DNA of 62,105 bases, counting the filler, from Basidiobolus ranarum (lineage: Eukaryota): the NCBI GenBank assembly GCA_040143965.1. It is 15 parts of 15 records of this genome, joined end to end, with 100 filler letters (N's around TTAATTAATTAA, not from the genome) between each part and the next. Parts side by side here need not be neighbours in the genome. Positions count along the whole stretch, not along the records: positions 20,798 to 24,848 come from JASJQH010009014.1; positions 24,949 to 28,993 come from JASJQH010009015.1; positions 29,094 to 33,137 come from JASJQH010009016.1; positions 33,238 to 37,280 come from JASJQH010009017.1; 11 more parts are not named here. One strand, written 5' to 3'. The position numbers and the translations under genes are program-made. The notes beneath the pieces are model-generated. The model saw only the letters and a list, made by a program, of their open reading frames with translations, was not told where the DNA came from and did not search any database. Below are positions 23,311 through 35,842 of the stretch, piece after piece (within the stretch, counting starts at the first letter, position 1; every line of letters starts with the position of its first letter).

Positions 23311-24684
23311 ATGGGGGATGTAAAATCCTCGATCGTTTGTGTTGTAGTGGCAGTTTGGTCCTTACAGTCGCTGGTTACCTCAGCTATATACTGGCGTCGG
23401 CGAGATAAAGACTGTATAAAATACCGATCGCCAGGGTTTACTGTTGTAGCTGCGTTAACTGCCTGTATCCTGGTTTGCGTAAACGTACTTCCGTGGGCGG
23501 ACGATGATTTAATTCCATGCTTCGTTCGACTCTGGATTACTAGTTTAGCTTATCCAGTAATGTACCTATCGGCTACTGCTCGAGCGCTTCGATTGCTATG
23601 TTTCTATCGTATAAGTGAGGCCAAACTTGCCACTCAGAATTCTCAACCTGCTTCGCATTCCCCTACAACCACCTTAACACATACTTCTAAAAAGCCTTCA
23701 AGTCAAATCTCAGTCATTGAGCTGAGTGACATCAACCTCCCTTCCGAGTCCCCTATTCCGCTTTACCATGAATCTTTAGCTAACAATTGGTATTACCGGA
23801 ATCGTCGCTTGTTTTCGGTAGCCTTCTATGCTCAGATATGCTGTGCTATTGTATTTATTCACATTGTAGTTTTAACCATTATTCAGTGCAATACAACAAG
23901 CTTCTCTATTCATCCAGTTATGGTGAGAAGCAATTGCTCCGTAGGCTGGGAATGGCTTCCCCATCGGCTATACATAGTTGTCTATGCAATCGTCGTTAAT
24001 CCGTTTATATTGCTCAGGCTGCGAGGGATTCATGATGCTTATGGAATACGAGAGGAGTTGATGGTTTTAACCATCACTAACAGTGTGTTCGATTTAGTTT
24101 TCTTGATTTTATTTGCACTTAATGCATTTGGTGGTATAGATCCTGACTTCTATGGGTTACTGTTCGTAGTTGTGCCCATCTCCCTGATCCACTGCTTTCT
24201 GATCATTCGGCCTCTTTGCGAGTCCTACGGGATCCATTTCTCCCGGTTCGGGATTAAGCGCAACTCTATCTATAAGGTACTGAAGTTTACACCTGAATGT
24301 TTCGAAAAAATCCTGAAGGACCCCTTACTATTGGAGCAGTTCAAATCATTTGCTGCGAAAGACTTCACCGTTGAAAATGTTCTCTTTTATGAGAGATGTC
24401 AAGCAATATCGCAAAATGAAGTAGACCCAGCCAAGTTAGAATTTGAGCTTCGTGAGACATATACCACGTTTATTGAGCCTAACGCCGAACTTCTAGTCAA
24501 CCTGGACTCGAATACAGCATCTAAAATCAAGGCCGACGTTAGTGTTGAAAAATTTTATCCCAGCATGTATGATGAGGCACAAACGGAGATCAAGGATCTG
24601 ATGTTTCGCAATACGTTCCCAAGATTTCTAGAGTACATGACGCACAATAAGTCCCATTGGGTAACTGATTCCTGTATGGCGTAA
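23311..24684 (+). CDS. Seven-transmembrane receptor fused to C-terminal RGS domain (GprK/AtRGS1-like)
   Basis: Intronless 457-aa ORF with about 7 hydrophobic segments, then RGS signature FEKILKDP..FKSFAAKDFTVENVLFY..FIEPNAELLVNL..LMFRNTFPRF. Confidence 0.88.
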   Translation: MGDVKSSIVCVVVAVWSLQSLVTSAIYWRRRDKDCIKYRSPGFTVVAALTACILVCVNVLPWADDDLIPCFVRLWITSLAYPVMYLSATARALRLLCFYRISEAKLATQNSQPASHSPTTTLTHTSKKPSSQISVIELSDINLPSESPIPLYHESLANNWYYRNRRLFSVAFYAQICCAIVFIHIVVLTIIQCNTTSFSIHPVMVRSNCSVGWEWLPHRLYIVVYAIVVNPFILLRLRGIHDAYGIREELMVLTITNSVFDLVFLILFALNAFGGIDPDFYGLLFVVVPISLIHCFLIIRPLCESYGIHFSRFGIKRNSIYKVLKFTPECFEKILKDPLLLEQFKSFAAKDFTVENVLFYERCQAISQNEVDPAKLEFELRETYTTFIEPNAELLVNLDSNTASKIKADVSVEKFYPSMYDEAQTEIKDLMFRNTFPRFLEYMTHNKSHWVTDSCMA

Positions 24685-25083
24685 TCATTTCATGACCTCC
24701 CGAAGTCCATCCAACAATTTTCATTAGGCATCATTTCGAATCTTTCGCTGTCATTTTTTTTCTTCACTCTGAGGATGTAAATCACTTTCATGCAATTGGG
24801 TTGGAGAGTGGTTCAGAGAGTTCTTCAACAAGCTTGAAAATGTTTTCTNNNNNNNNNNNNNNNNNNNNNNNNNNNNNNNNNNNNNNNNNNNNTTAATTAA
24901 TTAANNNNNNNNNNNNNNNNNNNNNNNNNNNNNNNNNNNNNNNNNNNNGCATGGAAAAAGGCATGGAAAAAGGTATAGGGGAATCATTTTTCAATCTTGA
25001 GTAATATTATATTATTTGATTTGTGGTTTGATTTGTGCGAATCACTCATTTTCAAACTTTCAGTGCTAGTCGATAAAATCCTG

Positions 25084-25187
25084 AATTATCAGAAATGGGT
25101 CAAATCAGTTAAAAGTTAATTATCAGAAATGGGTTAAATCAATTAAAAGTTTATTATCAGAAATGAGATAAATTATCGGAGTTACTA
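25084..25187. repeat. 34-bp tandem repeat (about 2.6 copies of aattatcagaaatgggt-aaatca-ttaaaagtt), possibly a DNA transposon subterminal region
   Basis: Units at 25084-25117, 25118-25151 and partial 25152-25170, ending attatcggagttacta. Confidence 0.7.
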
Positions 25188-26060
25188 ATCAACAACCATG
25201 ACAGTCTCGATAACATCAAGAGAAAGATCTGAAACCCAAGTCCAATTTAGAATGGCGGCATCATGTACTAATTCCTGAAAACTAACAAGACTCGAGGTTA
25301 CTTAGAAACGCCAAGGATTCTATGGTTGATCTTGCTGATAGCAACTTACTATATGAGCTCAAGATCGGATTGGAATCTTAGATATTGGTTTCATCTCCTA
25401 ACTCCCTTTACCACGCACACACTTGCTGCTATTATGGAGAAACAAGTGACCGAATCGAGACGGTCGGTATTTCCTAGGCTTTCTATCCAGATACTGAAAC
25501 AATGGCTCTGCTTACAGTGACTACTTCATTTAGCAGGTCCGAGTTTATGCGATGAAACCTATCTCCTGATATGGACTCTCCCCAAAAGTCAAAGCTTTCA
25601 GTTCATTGCTTCTCACATGGCTCCAGGTATAGTTTTGCCGTCCTTGCTTCCCCGTCGGACCGAAGGATTTTGTAAAGAATCTAACCTGAAGCTACATTCC
25701 ATGCATCCACCAAATACTCTCCAAACACACACCAAATGCTCCTCCTAAATCGTTGTTCTAGTCGGTAGCAAAAATCATTGCAAGACTGCAACCATCCAAC
25801 TTCGTCATGACCCACTTTTTATCGTTGCAGATGACCTCATACCGTTTATAGTAGCTATCTAATTGTGACAGCAGTGGTGTGTGGACTCCCTGATTTGGTA
25901 ATAGATTCAACACACAATATAGGCATATCTTATGGATAGCAGAAGCCCTGGTTTGCATAAATAGACTACAGTCAGCTCCCATTGAAACCATTCTATGTTG
26001 TATCATTGACACTAGCTACTTTGGACGCTGGCAATTACCTCACTTACTCATTTATCTACC

Positions 26061-27203
26061 ATGTCGTCCAACAATAGACCTCTATTCAAAATACAGCTCG
26101 AGAAAACCACTTACTATAAATCCTTAGAGGAGTCCACAGGCATCGTTGTTCGTGGAAGTCTTCTTTTTACCCCCACCTTCCCTATCAAGGTCAATCGAAT
26201 CTTACTTCGCTTCCAAGGAAAATACGTCGCCACATCGACAAAGGGTAGGCTCTAATTTAAACAAATATTCCTTTCCCACCACTTATTTACATTATTTGCA
26301 GATATCCGTAAATCTGGAAATGTGTTAGTAGAAAATCAGTGGATATTCTTTGATGCTGGAAAAAAAAGTCAAACCATGGAAGGATGTTCATTCAAGTACG
26401 ACTTTGAAATGACTCTTCATGAGGAGCTTCCCGAATCATGCATGTTAGAGTATGGAAGCGTTCAATACAAATTCAAAGCTATAGCAGAAACATCCATTCT
26501 GTATTCGAACCTCAAAGATGAAAAGGAGATATTCTTACGACAAAATGTCAACTCTTGGCTTGATACTGTCTATCCAACTGAGATCGATCGTAACTGGCGT
26601 AACATTTTAAATATAAATATGAAAATCCCATCGAATCAGTACAAATTGGGTAGTGTTCTACCTTTAACCTTTCGAACACAACTATCCGACGAGACTGCCC
26701 GTGTCGTTTTAGTATCGTGCATGCTGAAAGAGCATATGATTTTTCGTTCGCCTAAAATCCACGGGAGTTCGCGTCCGGTAATTCGTGACCAAGCCAACAA
26801 TATAGACATGGCGTTTACCTGGTGTAAAAATATTGGTTACAACGAGGAGAAAGTGATGGAGATTAACATTCCTTTCAAACGGTGTAGCTTTGATTGCTCC
26901 AATGAGTATGTGAATATTTCTCACAAATTACATGTGAGAGTTGATATCCAGAAGCAGGGAGTTGTTGAGTCCATAGGCATTTCGTTCCCTATACTCATTG
27001 TCCCTCAAATCTCCTCAGAATTGCGTTTTGATGAATTAGGAATCGAACAGCTTCCTGGATATCAAGTAATTCCTCCCCCTCCATCTTACGACTATGTTTA
27101 CAGTCTCGAGAATCTCAGCGCTATCAGTTTGGATTCTAATGAGAATTATACCCCCTTTCCACCTAGATATTCCACTATTGGACATAACATCTCTGTATAT
27201 TAA
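26061..27203 (+). CDS. Alpha-arrestin (ART/ARRDC-type ubiquitin-ligase adaptor)
   Basis: Exons 26061-26244 and 26302-27203 join in frame; arrestin-N motifs (VVRGSL, ILLRFQGK, YDFEMTL..LPES..GSVQYKFKA) and C-terminal PY motifs LPGY, PPSY, PPRY. Confidence 0.88.
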
Positions 27204-27509
27204 CCGAGTCCTCAAATTCAGTGTAAATTTTCTGCTCTTGATGAGTACAACTATGTTTCTTTAGTATGTTGATAACAATAAAAGTACATGCTTTCAATTA
27301 ATATTAAATTCAAGAGCATTAATTACTCTGTCAACATTGGAAATTGGAATTCTGTTGAATAGTAATCAGTTGATGAGCACATGAAATAGATAAACAATCA
27401 ATTTATTGAACAATAATTATCTACAACAGTTCTGTCCGTCTATGAAAGAGAAATCCAATTAATATTTTGATGGCAAGAAGGAATCTTGGTATGGGAGTTT
27501 CGAATCGAA

Positions 27510-27856
27510 TCAGTGTAACTATGACTTCAAATAAATGAAAATAGGTCGCATTGCGGATGAACTACCAAAACGGAGTTCGTGAAAGCCGCTCAAGAAAAAT
27601 TGCTATCATCACTTCGAAATTCGATCCTCCCGAAATGAAAAGATACTTACATTAACAGAAAGAGCTGAATGAGCTAGAGCTTCGCAAACACTATTGAGTA
27701 GAAAATGTTTAGTACATGCGTATAACAAATGAAGTTGCGAATGTCTTTAACATCGTCAGTGTAACTATGACTTCAAATAAATGAAAATAAGTCGCATTGC
27801 GGATGAACTACCAAAACGGAGTTCGTTGAAGCCGCTCAAGAAATAATGCTATCATC
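27510..27856 (+). repeat. ~100-bp direct repeat (27510-27610 and 27757-27857)
   Basis: tcagtgtaactatgacttcaaataaatgaaaata...gctatcatca occurs twice with few mismatches. Confidence 0.9.
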
Positions 27857-28637
27857 ATACTAGAAAAAGAGGAGCTATTTGAAATTGTTAATTACCTATT
27901 ATTTACAAGGGAGCATGCTGCAGAAACACTTCGGTGGAATGATAGTACTCTCAGCAAAACGATGTGACCTTTTATAATCTTTGAGGCGATAATTTGATTT
28001 ACAGGGAGGCCTGGACTATGTAATAATCTTAGCTTGATTGAAAAAAAAACTATGAATGATCTGATTGGACATTAACGGTTAATCAGGGGACCATCGTAAA
28101 AATATTTTAATACTTACATTCATGCACGAAAAAACTTTCAAGCAAACAGGGTTTATTTAGATTCCCATAATATGTTGCATACTATATATTATTCTGTATT
28201 GGTTTAGTTGAACCCTATCGTGCGGCACCGCTTGTTTTTCCGTGTTGCTCATAAGCCTCTAAGCACCATAGGCTTGTTACTACTTTGTAGTTTAAGAGCG
28301 TCAACGCAAGCGTAGACGAAAAGAATATCTTAGCACCCTTTCTCAAGTCCCGATAAAAACGGATTTGGGAGGGTCGGGAATTCATACATTACTTTTTAAT
28401 TTTTCTCAAACAAAAAACTTCGCCCGAATAATATTGCCTAAATAATCATGTTCAGGAAGAAAGATGCTATTTATTTAACTGCACAAGTGTAGATATTCAA
28501 TAAACGGTGGTGGTTGGTTCAAGTGCGTGTGATGAAATGTGTACAAGATTAGCGCTGCTAACGCAGAAGTTACAGATTCAAGAGCTTTGAGCAATGTGTC
28601 GTTCATGATTGCTGCGGATGAATTTGAAGATATCAAC

Positions 28638-28993
28638 TTAATATGCTGTGACTTGGCCAGGTAATGGAATTGATTGCTGAATTGGTATGATGGGAAGATG
28701 CTCTGAGAAAGTTACACTCTCAGTGGATTTAGTAGTGATAAGTTCGGTTATCATAGGATTCTTCGATAAATTGAGTTGCTCCTCCATAAGCTGTTTCATC
28801 TCGTAAAGACTTTGGGTAAGGAATTGAAGTAATTTCTTGGGTTGCATATCCACAAGTCCTGTACAATTGAAATGCAAAGATTTTTCACGAATCATGTAGG
28901 CAAGGCCAAAGCCATCTGGAACAACTTCACCCCAGCCATACTGGTCAAACAAATCATCGGAGATTTGTGATGTCGATAGATACCAATGGGAAG
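28638..28993 (-). CDS. Carnitine O-acetyltransferase, C-terminal part (5' portion off-contig)
   Basis: SHWYLSTSQI..YGWGEVVPDGFGLAYMI is the conserved C-terminal choline/carnitine acyltransferase motif. Confidence 0.88.
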
Positions 28994-29093
28994 NNNNNNN
29001 NNNNNNNNNNNNNNNNNNNNNNNNNNNNNNNNNNNNNTTAATTAATTAANNNNNNNNNNNNNNNNNNNNNNNNNNNNNNNNNNNNNNNNNNNN

Positions 29094-29654
29094 TTTGAGT
29101 ATTGATCCCAGTAGCTAATTTGGTATTATTCTGATCTGTGATAGTGCATCCAGCCTTACTGAGCATAAAATTTAGTCCTTGAGTTGTTGCTTGGCTTACT
29201 GAGAGTAGATTCTTGACTATAATTGGTACGTAGAGTACATCATTCCATTTTGCAGATTGTGTAGCTGAATTTCAGTCTAAATTGAGTAAAACTGTGGCTT
29301 TACCAACTGCATCTAGTGCATAGTCTTCCCCTAAGTAGACTTTCCTTGTTTGGATTGGTTTCAATCTAGGGTTTTATTGAATTGAATATGTCCTATTTAT
29401 GGTTTACTATGAAATAGGACTATTGGACATGCTTGGATCATAACAAACATGCCTGTTAAGCACGGGTAAATATTTGGAATGATTTGGAGAAGTTTTGAGA
29501 AAGTAGTGAAAATTGGTAAAAGTGATCTAATTGATATTTCTATCATTTAGAGCAATAAACACATGTTTTTGAATGGCAGAATTAAGTGCCAAATAATCAG
29601 AATATGAATAAACTAAACACTAAAAAATGAGTTGTTCTTAATCTAATTTCAACA
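29094..29654 (-). mobile_element. Copia family B protease-region fragment plus LTR (about 29350-29654)
   Basis: Reverse complement matches 40400-40650 and LTR 56079-56430. Confidence 0.8.
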
Positions 29655-29659
29655 CTCTA

Positions 29660-32529
29660 TGTACTATATCAGCCAAGAATCTGCCCTGAGTAAGCCAAGC
29701 AGCAACTCAAGGACTAAACTACATGTTCAGCAAGGCTGGATGCACTATTACAATTCAGAATAATAACAAATTATTTACAAGAATACAAACTCAAAACTTA
29801 TACAAGTCAAAAAAGAACAAATTGCATTCAGAACATGCAAACTTGGCTAAAACTGATGAAATTTGCTATCAAGTATGGCATTGAGGATTAGGCAACATTG
29901 AGGAACAAAAGCTGACCTAAATGATCTAAAATCAGCTTGTTGAAGGCTTTGAAATTGAAAATATCACTAAATTGGATCTTTGTGAAGGTTGAATATATGG
30001 AAATCATCACAGAAGCAATTTTCACACTCTGGAGAGATTGAATTCCCACACAAGCTTACCACAATTTATTCTGGCCTTCATGCGCAAATGAAAAACATCT
30101 CACTAGGTGGGAAAAGGTACAGTATGACCTTTATTGATGACAAAACAAGATGTACCTGGGTATTCTTTCTCAAATCTAAATCTGAAGCCTTAACTCCATT
30201 CATGACATACAGAGCAATGGTAGAGAAAGAATCAGCACAAAGAATAAGGGTATCATGGAGTGATAATTGTGGAAAGTTCTGCTCTAAAGACTTTATTAGT
30301 TTCTGACTTAAACATGTAATTAAGCAACAAACTACTTAACCTTATACTCCACATCAAAATGGAGTGCAGAATATGCCAATAGGACCATGGTGGACATGGC
30401 TAGATCAATGTTGAATGATTAAAACTTGGATTACCAATATTGAGCTGAATCTGTCTCCACTGCAGGCTTTATCAAAGCAGATGCCTAACAAGATTGCTAC
30501 AAAATTCTACTCCATTTGAAGCCCTATATGGATCAAAACTAAGTATTTATCATCTCAGGATCATTGATTAAGCAACTTATTGCCTAATTTCAGTTCAATA
30601 TACTCTAAATTGGAGCCCAAAAGCAAAAAATGCATCTTTTTTGGTTACTGTGATGGATCAAAGGCCTACAGACTGTTTGATAACAAAAAACAGAAGTTAA
30701 TCAAGTACAGAGAAGTGATTTTTGATGAAGCAGCATATTTTTCACCGCAAATCACCTTTCTTGATCCAGAAAACACAATTAGCACTATGCAGGAAGTGAC
30801 TGCCCCAATTCCATTGGTGTCTGAGCTCTATAGACCCAAAATTACAGACCCAATTACCTAAGAGGATGATTTAGGGTGCAGAAGATCTTCCAGAAGGAGA
30901 AATCAGCCAGGGAAGTAGTGATACACTTCCAATGATGATGTATACACTTATGCAACTTTCTGTAACAGCCACAGACTCTAGATTATGCCCTAGAGTGTAC
31001 AGCAACAAAGTATGGGAAAAGGCAATGTCTGAAGAGTTTTCTTCACTTCAGGACAATAAAACAATGGTTTGAAGTCCGTGACCATGAGGAACAAAGGAAA
31101 TCCAGTGCAAATAGATCTAAAAAGTCAGAAACCAAGCTGATGGAACCATAGAAACGTACAAAGCAAGATTATTTGCAAAAGGTTATTCTCAGACTCTAGG
31201 TGTTATTTATGGTGTAAAATTTGCTCCAGTAGCTGATTGTAGCCCCAATAGATCAATCCTGGCACTCTCAACCATTCATAACCTTGTTATACGTCAAATG
31301 AATATCCAAACAGCCTTTGTGTATGGATAAGGTCAGGGTCAGGTAGCTAAAATTAGCACCATTAGATCAATCCTGCCACTCTCAGCCATACATGACCTTG
31401 ATTTACATCAGATGGATACAAAAGAAGCCTTTCTGCTTGGAAATCTAGAAGAAGAGATATTTATGGAGCAACCAGATGGATCTGTGGACCCAAAACACCC
31501 TGATAGGGTTGGTAAACTGCACAATTGCTACATGGACTCAAGCAAGCACCCAGGGTATGGTACAAACAGACAGATACCTATTTGGTATCACTAGGGTTAC
31601 AAAAATGCCTCACAGATCACAGTGGTTACATCAAAATAACCGGATATGCAATCCACTTCACAGCATTATATGTGGATGCTTTGAATATAGTCATCAATGA
31701 TATAGAAGCACTTAATCAGACAAAAAGCAGCTTATCAAACCAATTTCAGATGACTGTTTTAACATTAATGGAACCAAATCTGATATTAATTAAAATATTA
31801 TCCACTTTGGCCCAAAATGACTCAAATCAAAGCCAGGTGTTCCCTTAGCAATCCATGGTGGGCAGCTTATTGTAAACAATGGTTGAAAAACATCCAGACA
31901 TTGCTGTGGCAGTGGGAACTGTCAGCCAATATCTCAAAAATCCAGGATCTGAACAAAAAACAGTAGTAAACAAATATCCATGTATGTGAGAGCAACAGTA
32001 GATCTAGTTCTGGAATGCTCAGCCACTCCTGATGCACAAAATTTTGAAGGCTAGACTAATGCAGCCTGGGGAAGAAACCATGATGATAGAAGATCAACAA
32101 CTGGGTACATTTCTCTCTCTGGTAATGGATCTATAACTTGGAATAGTAAGAAGTAACCAAATGTTCCATTTTCAATTACAGAAGCAGAGTATATGCCTGC
32201 CTCTGCTACTACACAAGAAGCTATGTGGTTAAGGAAGCTATTTACAGACCTAGGATACATGCAAGATGTGCTATTACTATATTTTAAAATACTCAAAGTT
32301 ATATTTCCTTAGCTAAAAACACAACATTTCATGTTAGAACAAAACATATAGATAATAGGCTTCATTTTGTTAGAGAGGCAATAGAGAATGTTACAATTGA
32401 ACTTGTCTGTTGCCCTGCTGAAGAAATGATTGCTGACATCTTAACCAAACCTTTAGCTAAAGCACAATTTGAAACATTAAGATATAAGTTAGGGTTATGA
32501 GAAATACAAAATAATTAGTTGAGTTGAAA
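29660..32529 (+). mobile_element. Decayed Copia family B pol (protease-integrase-RT-RNase H)
   Basis: YSMTFIDDKTRCTWVFFLKSKSE, PYTPHQNG, KLEPKSKKCIFFGY, YKARLFAKG, MDTKEAFLLG, ALYVD, DRRSTTGY, ADILTKPL; heavily interrupted. Confidence 0.92.
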
Positions 32530-33137
32530 TGTTGACAGTGAGTAAATAGCAACTCATTATTTAGTAGATAGTTTACTCATCTTGTCATTTTTTAGCACTC
32601 AATTCTGCAATGCAAAAATGTGTGTTCATTACTCTAATTAATAGTAATATCACTTAGATTACTTCTAGCAATTTTCACTATTTCTCAAAACTTCTTAAGA
32701 TCACCTCAAATCTTCACCCATGCTTACCAGGCATGTTTATTATGATCTAAGCATGTCTGATAGTCCTGTATCATAGTGAAATTTAAATAGGACATATTTC
32801 ATTCATTAAAACCCAAGTGTCCAATTGACAAATCTAAATATTGTCCAAAACAGTTCCAAATCTCCTAAACACAGTTTTCCGGTTATGAGCCCCAACTAGC
32901 TTTTTAAGGAATATCTACTGGTACTTTTTACAGCATTATTGAATCCACAGAAAAGTGGATGGTGAGGACTTTCACCTTTGGAAGTTCAAGATGCAATTGG
33001 CTGGAGAAGACACAGACCTTTGGGGATTTGTTGCAGGTGAAGAAATAAAGCCCAAGGGGAGCCCAGAAACTATCCTTGCTTTTAACAAGAAGCAGAGCAA
33101 TGCATTCTCTACACTTTGGCTACATCTCAAAGACTCT
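32530..33137 (+). mobile_element. Copia family B LTR (32530-32880), PBS GGTTATGAGCCC (32881-32892) and new gag start
   Basis: The LTR follows RNase H/PPT and is followed by a PBS and DGEDFHLWKFKMQ..DLWGFVAGEE. Confidence 0.88.
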
Positions 33138-33237
33138 NNNNNNNNNNNNNNNNNNNNNNNNNNNNNNNNNNNNNNNNNNNNTTAATTAATTAANNNNNNN
33201 NNNNNNNNNNNNNNNNNNNNNNNNNNNNNNNNNNNNN

Positions 33238-33473
33238 TGAATAATGTGAGAATTAGCAATTCCATATTGGAAATTTCAAACTTGTCCAAATTGCCCCAAA
33301 GATAGCTCATTTTACTCCCACATATGTTCTGAACACAACCCCAGTGTTAGTTTTCTGTATTTCCATGAAAAAGTATAAATGCTTTGTTTCTGGACAATAA
33401 ACAATTATCTCACAAAGCTATTCACAACTCCACTTTTCTAAAGTTCCTCCAAACAGCCCATATTTTCCCAATA
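33238..33473 (+). mobile_element. LTR-like family C 3' part, interrupting chromovirus gag
   Basis: TATA-like tataaat, aataaa and terminal cccaata; shared with 3958-4064. Confidence 0.65.
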
Positions 33474-34526
33474 GATTTTGGGTTCAGGAGTTGGATTTGC
33501 AGTATAGTTGGGTGGAGCTGGATTCTGTACTTGAGCAATAGAAGTACAAAGTTCTTGATTTTCTTGCTGAAGCTGAGTAAGAGCTTGCATAATATCTTCC
33601 ATTGTGGGGGCTGGTGTAGACATAATACTTACTGTGCTGGGAGGGGGAAGTTTTAAAACCACAAGTTTCTCTAGGAATGATAATCACAATGCAATGTCCA
33701 ACTTTCTGTTGAAGAAATGATTGGTGCCTTGACAAAAGAATATGCTGGTATCAATGTCCTTTGATCTTGATCAAGTACTAAAGCTTCTTTGATCAAAAAC
33801 AACTGTAAACTCAACCAGTAGTGTCTTGACAAGGATGCACTTAGAGCAATTATCCAAAGGTGGAAGGTACCTTTGCCTTAGCAGGGAAGCTTGGGAAAGA
33901 TGGGGAATAAGAGGGAAGCTGACCTTGGTGGGTTTCAAGGTTGGAGAACAGGGATGGAGAGAAGTCTACAGGCAAGTATAAGTAGTATGATCAAACTGTC
34001 ACAATAAGGAACTGCACCAGGACTGGAAACAACAACAAGAGGCCAGAAAGCAGGAGAGTACTTGGGTGTAGACCACAAGACAAGACAAGACTGGACAAGG
34101 AGGATACTTTGGCAAGAGTCTTTATTCATAGCTGGCATTGCTCAGACTGAGGTCTGATCAAGGAATACATGGGGCTTATATAGATATTGCAAGGTGAAAC
34201 ATAATATACTGAATATGGAATATACTGTGGCAAGTTCAAGAGTTGGGGTGTTGGGGACTGCAAGGACCAGTACAAACAGGGATGATGTAAGGATGATCAG
34301 GTGACCTTTCATGGAAGATCTTGGTGGATATACAATATGTGTGGGTTGACATGATTCGGTAGGTTTCTTGGAATGTTCCAAAGAACATGACTTCCATATA
34401 AGTTAACCTGGATGAACTAACACAAGATTGCCAAGAAGGGATGCCACAGCAGATATGATCTCATAATCTACTAATAGAAGAGTTCAATTTGCAGTAGATC
34501 AGTGTGCCAAGATCAGAATCATGACA
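33474..34526 (-). mobile_element. Chromovirus 5' LTR (33997-34526), leader and gag N-terminus
   Basis: LTR homologous to 17705-18235; MEDIMQALTQLQQENQEL...PEPKI coiled-coil gag start at ~33474-33625. Confidence 0.85.
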
Positions 34527-35842
34527 CCAGGTCTGTGGCAAGCAACAGTTGCCAATCAACTGTGGTAAAATTGTAAGAAAACCAAAGACTCTGAATGTCA
34601 GAGCAGCCATCACTTGCTCTGATGATGAGTGGTTTAACATTTTGGAAACGGTGCAGAATCTTGCCCAGAATCACCTTGATTTGAGCCAATTTTGGGAAAA
34701 CCAAAAATCAGGTGTTACTCTGAAGGTTCTTGAATTATTTCATGTGGCCTATCCTGGGTTTTTGCAAGCAAATGGCAATTGGGCTAGTATAGGCCTATTC
34801 ATGAAATATCTTGAAAATGTATGCAATTATTGACTTGGAAAAGAAAGAAAAGCAGCTAAAAAAGTACTCAAGGAGCAGGAAGTTCGTAAACCCAAGGGAA
34901 AAGCAAACAAGCCAGTGAGTTCAGGCTCCACAGTCCCACTTACCAAATTGTTCACACCATTACAAAGATTTGCATTTCCAGAGTCAGATATACTGGCAAC
35001 AAAGCTTAATTTCACCATAGAACCAGGTACACCAGTTGGAAAAGTGCTAAATTTGGAGGTTTATCCAAAACCTGGCATCTCTCAACAAGCCAAAACCCCA
35101 GCAAATAGATCTCACAGCTCTCCACCCTCAACTGGTACTTTTCAAAGTGATGAAATTAGCCCTGAACTTAAAGGCTAGCAAAAAGCAGCACAAACACCAC
35201 AACACATCCTTGGCAGTGTCACACTACAAGGACATACAAAAATAGTCTAAGTGCTTTAGGAGTATTTTCAAAAGTATGAAGGGAGATATGTAGTGCAAGT
35301 ATGCCAAAAGTGGCTTCAGGAGAAGAACATTCAACTTGACATTCAGTCTGATGTTGACCATGCAGATATCTGGGTAGAACTTAATGAAGAGTGGCACAAT
35401 ATTGCAGGGTATCCACCAGATAGCTGGGAGCATGTTGATTCAGCAACATTAACACAATGGTGGACTTTGATGGAGATATTGATACAAACTAGTGTTGGGT
35501 ATGAGCTAAACCTTGGGTATGAACAACCCTATAAAAATATTCAGGAGAATATATCAAAGAGACTAGGGATTTTGAAGGAGACAAATTAACATTCAAGCAG
35601 TAATTTTGTAAAAATTTGAGTTACATTTTTTGCACATGTGTTGTTCCATAGTTCTCTGTGATTGTAGCCAATCATGCACTACTATTTTGTGAGATCATAA
35701 AATTTCACTCCTGAGACCAAAAGCATTGATTAAAAACAAATCTAACTTGACAATTTTATGATGGTAAGTAAATGGTCAATCCTAAATGGATTAGAATTGT
35801 GATGGTTTTCCTACAATAACAATCCTCAAATTTCTGTTAGAG
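34527..35842 (+). mobile_element. Family D accessory ORF (decayed) and left end
   Basis: ORF pieces 34549-34833, 34915-35178 and 35293-35589 lead into the shared 240-bp end block; junction with Copia RT at 35842/35843. Confidence 0.7.
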
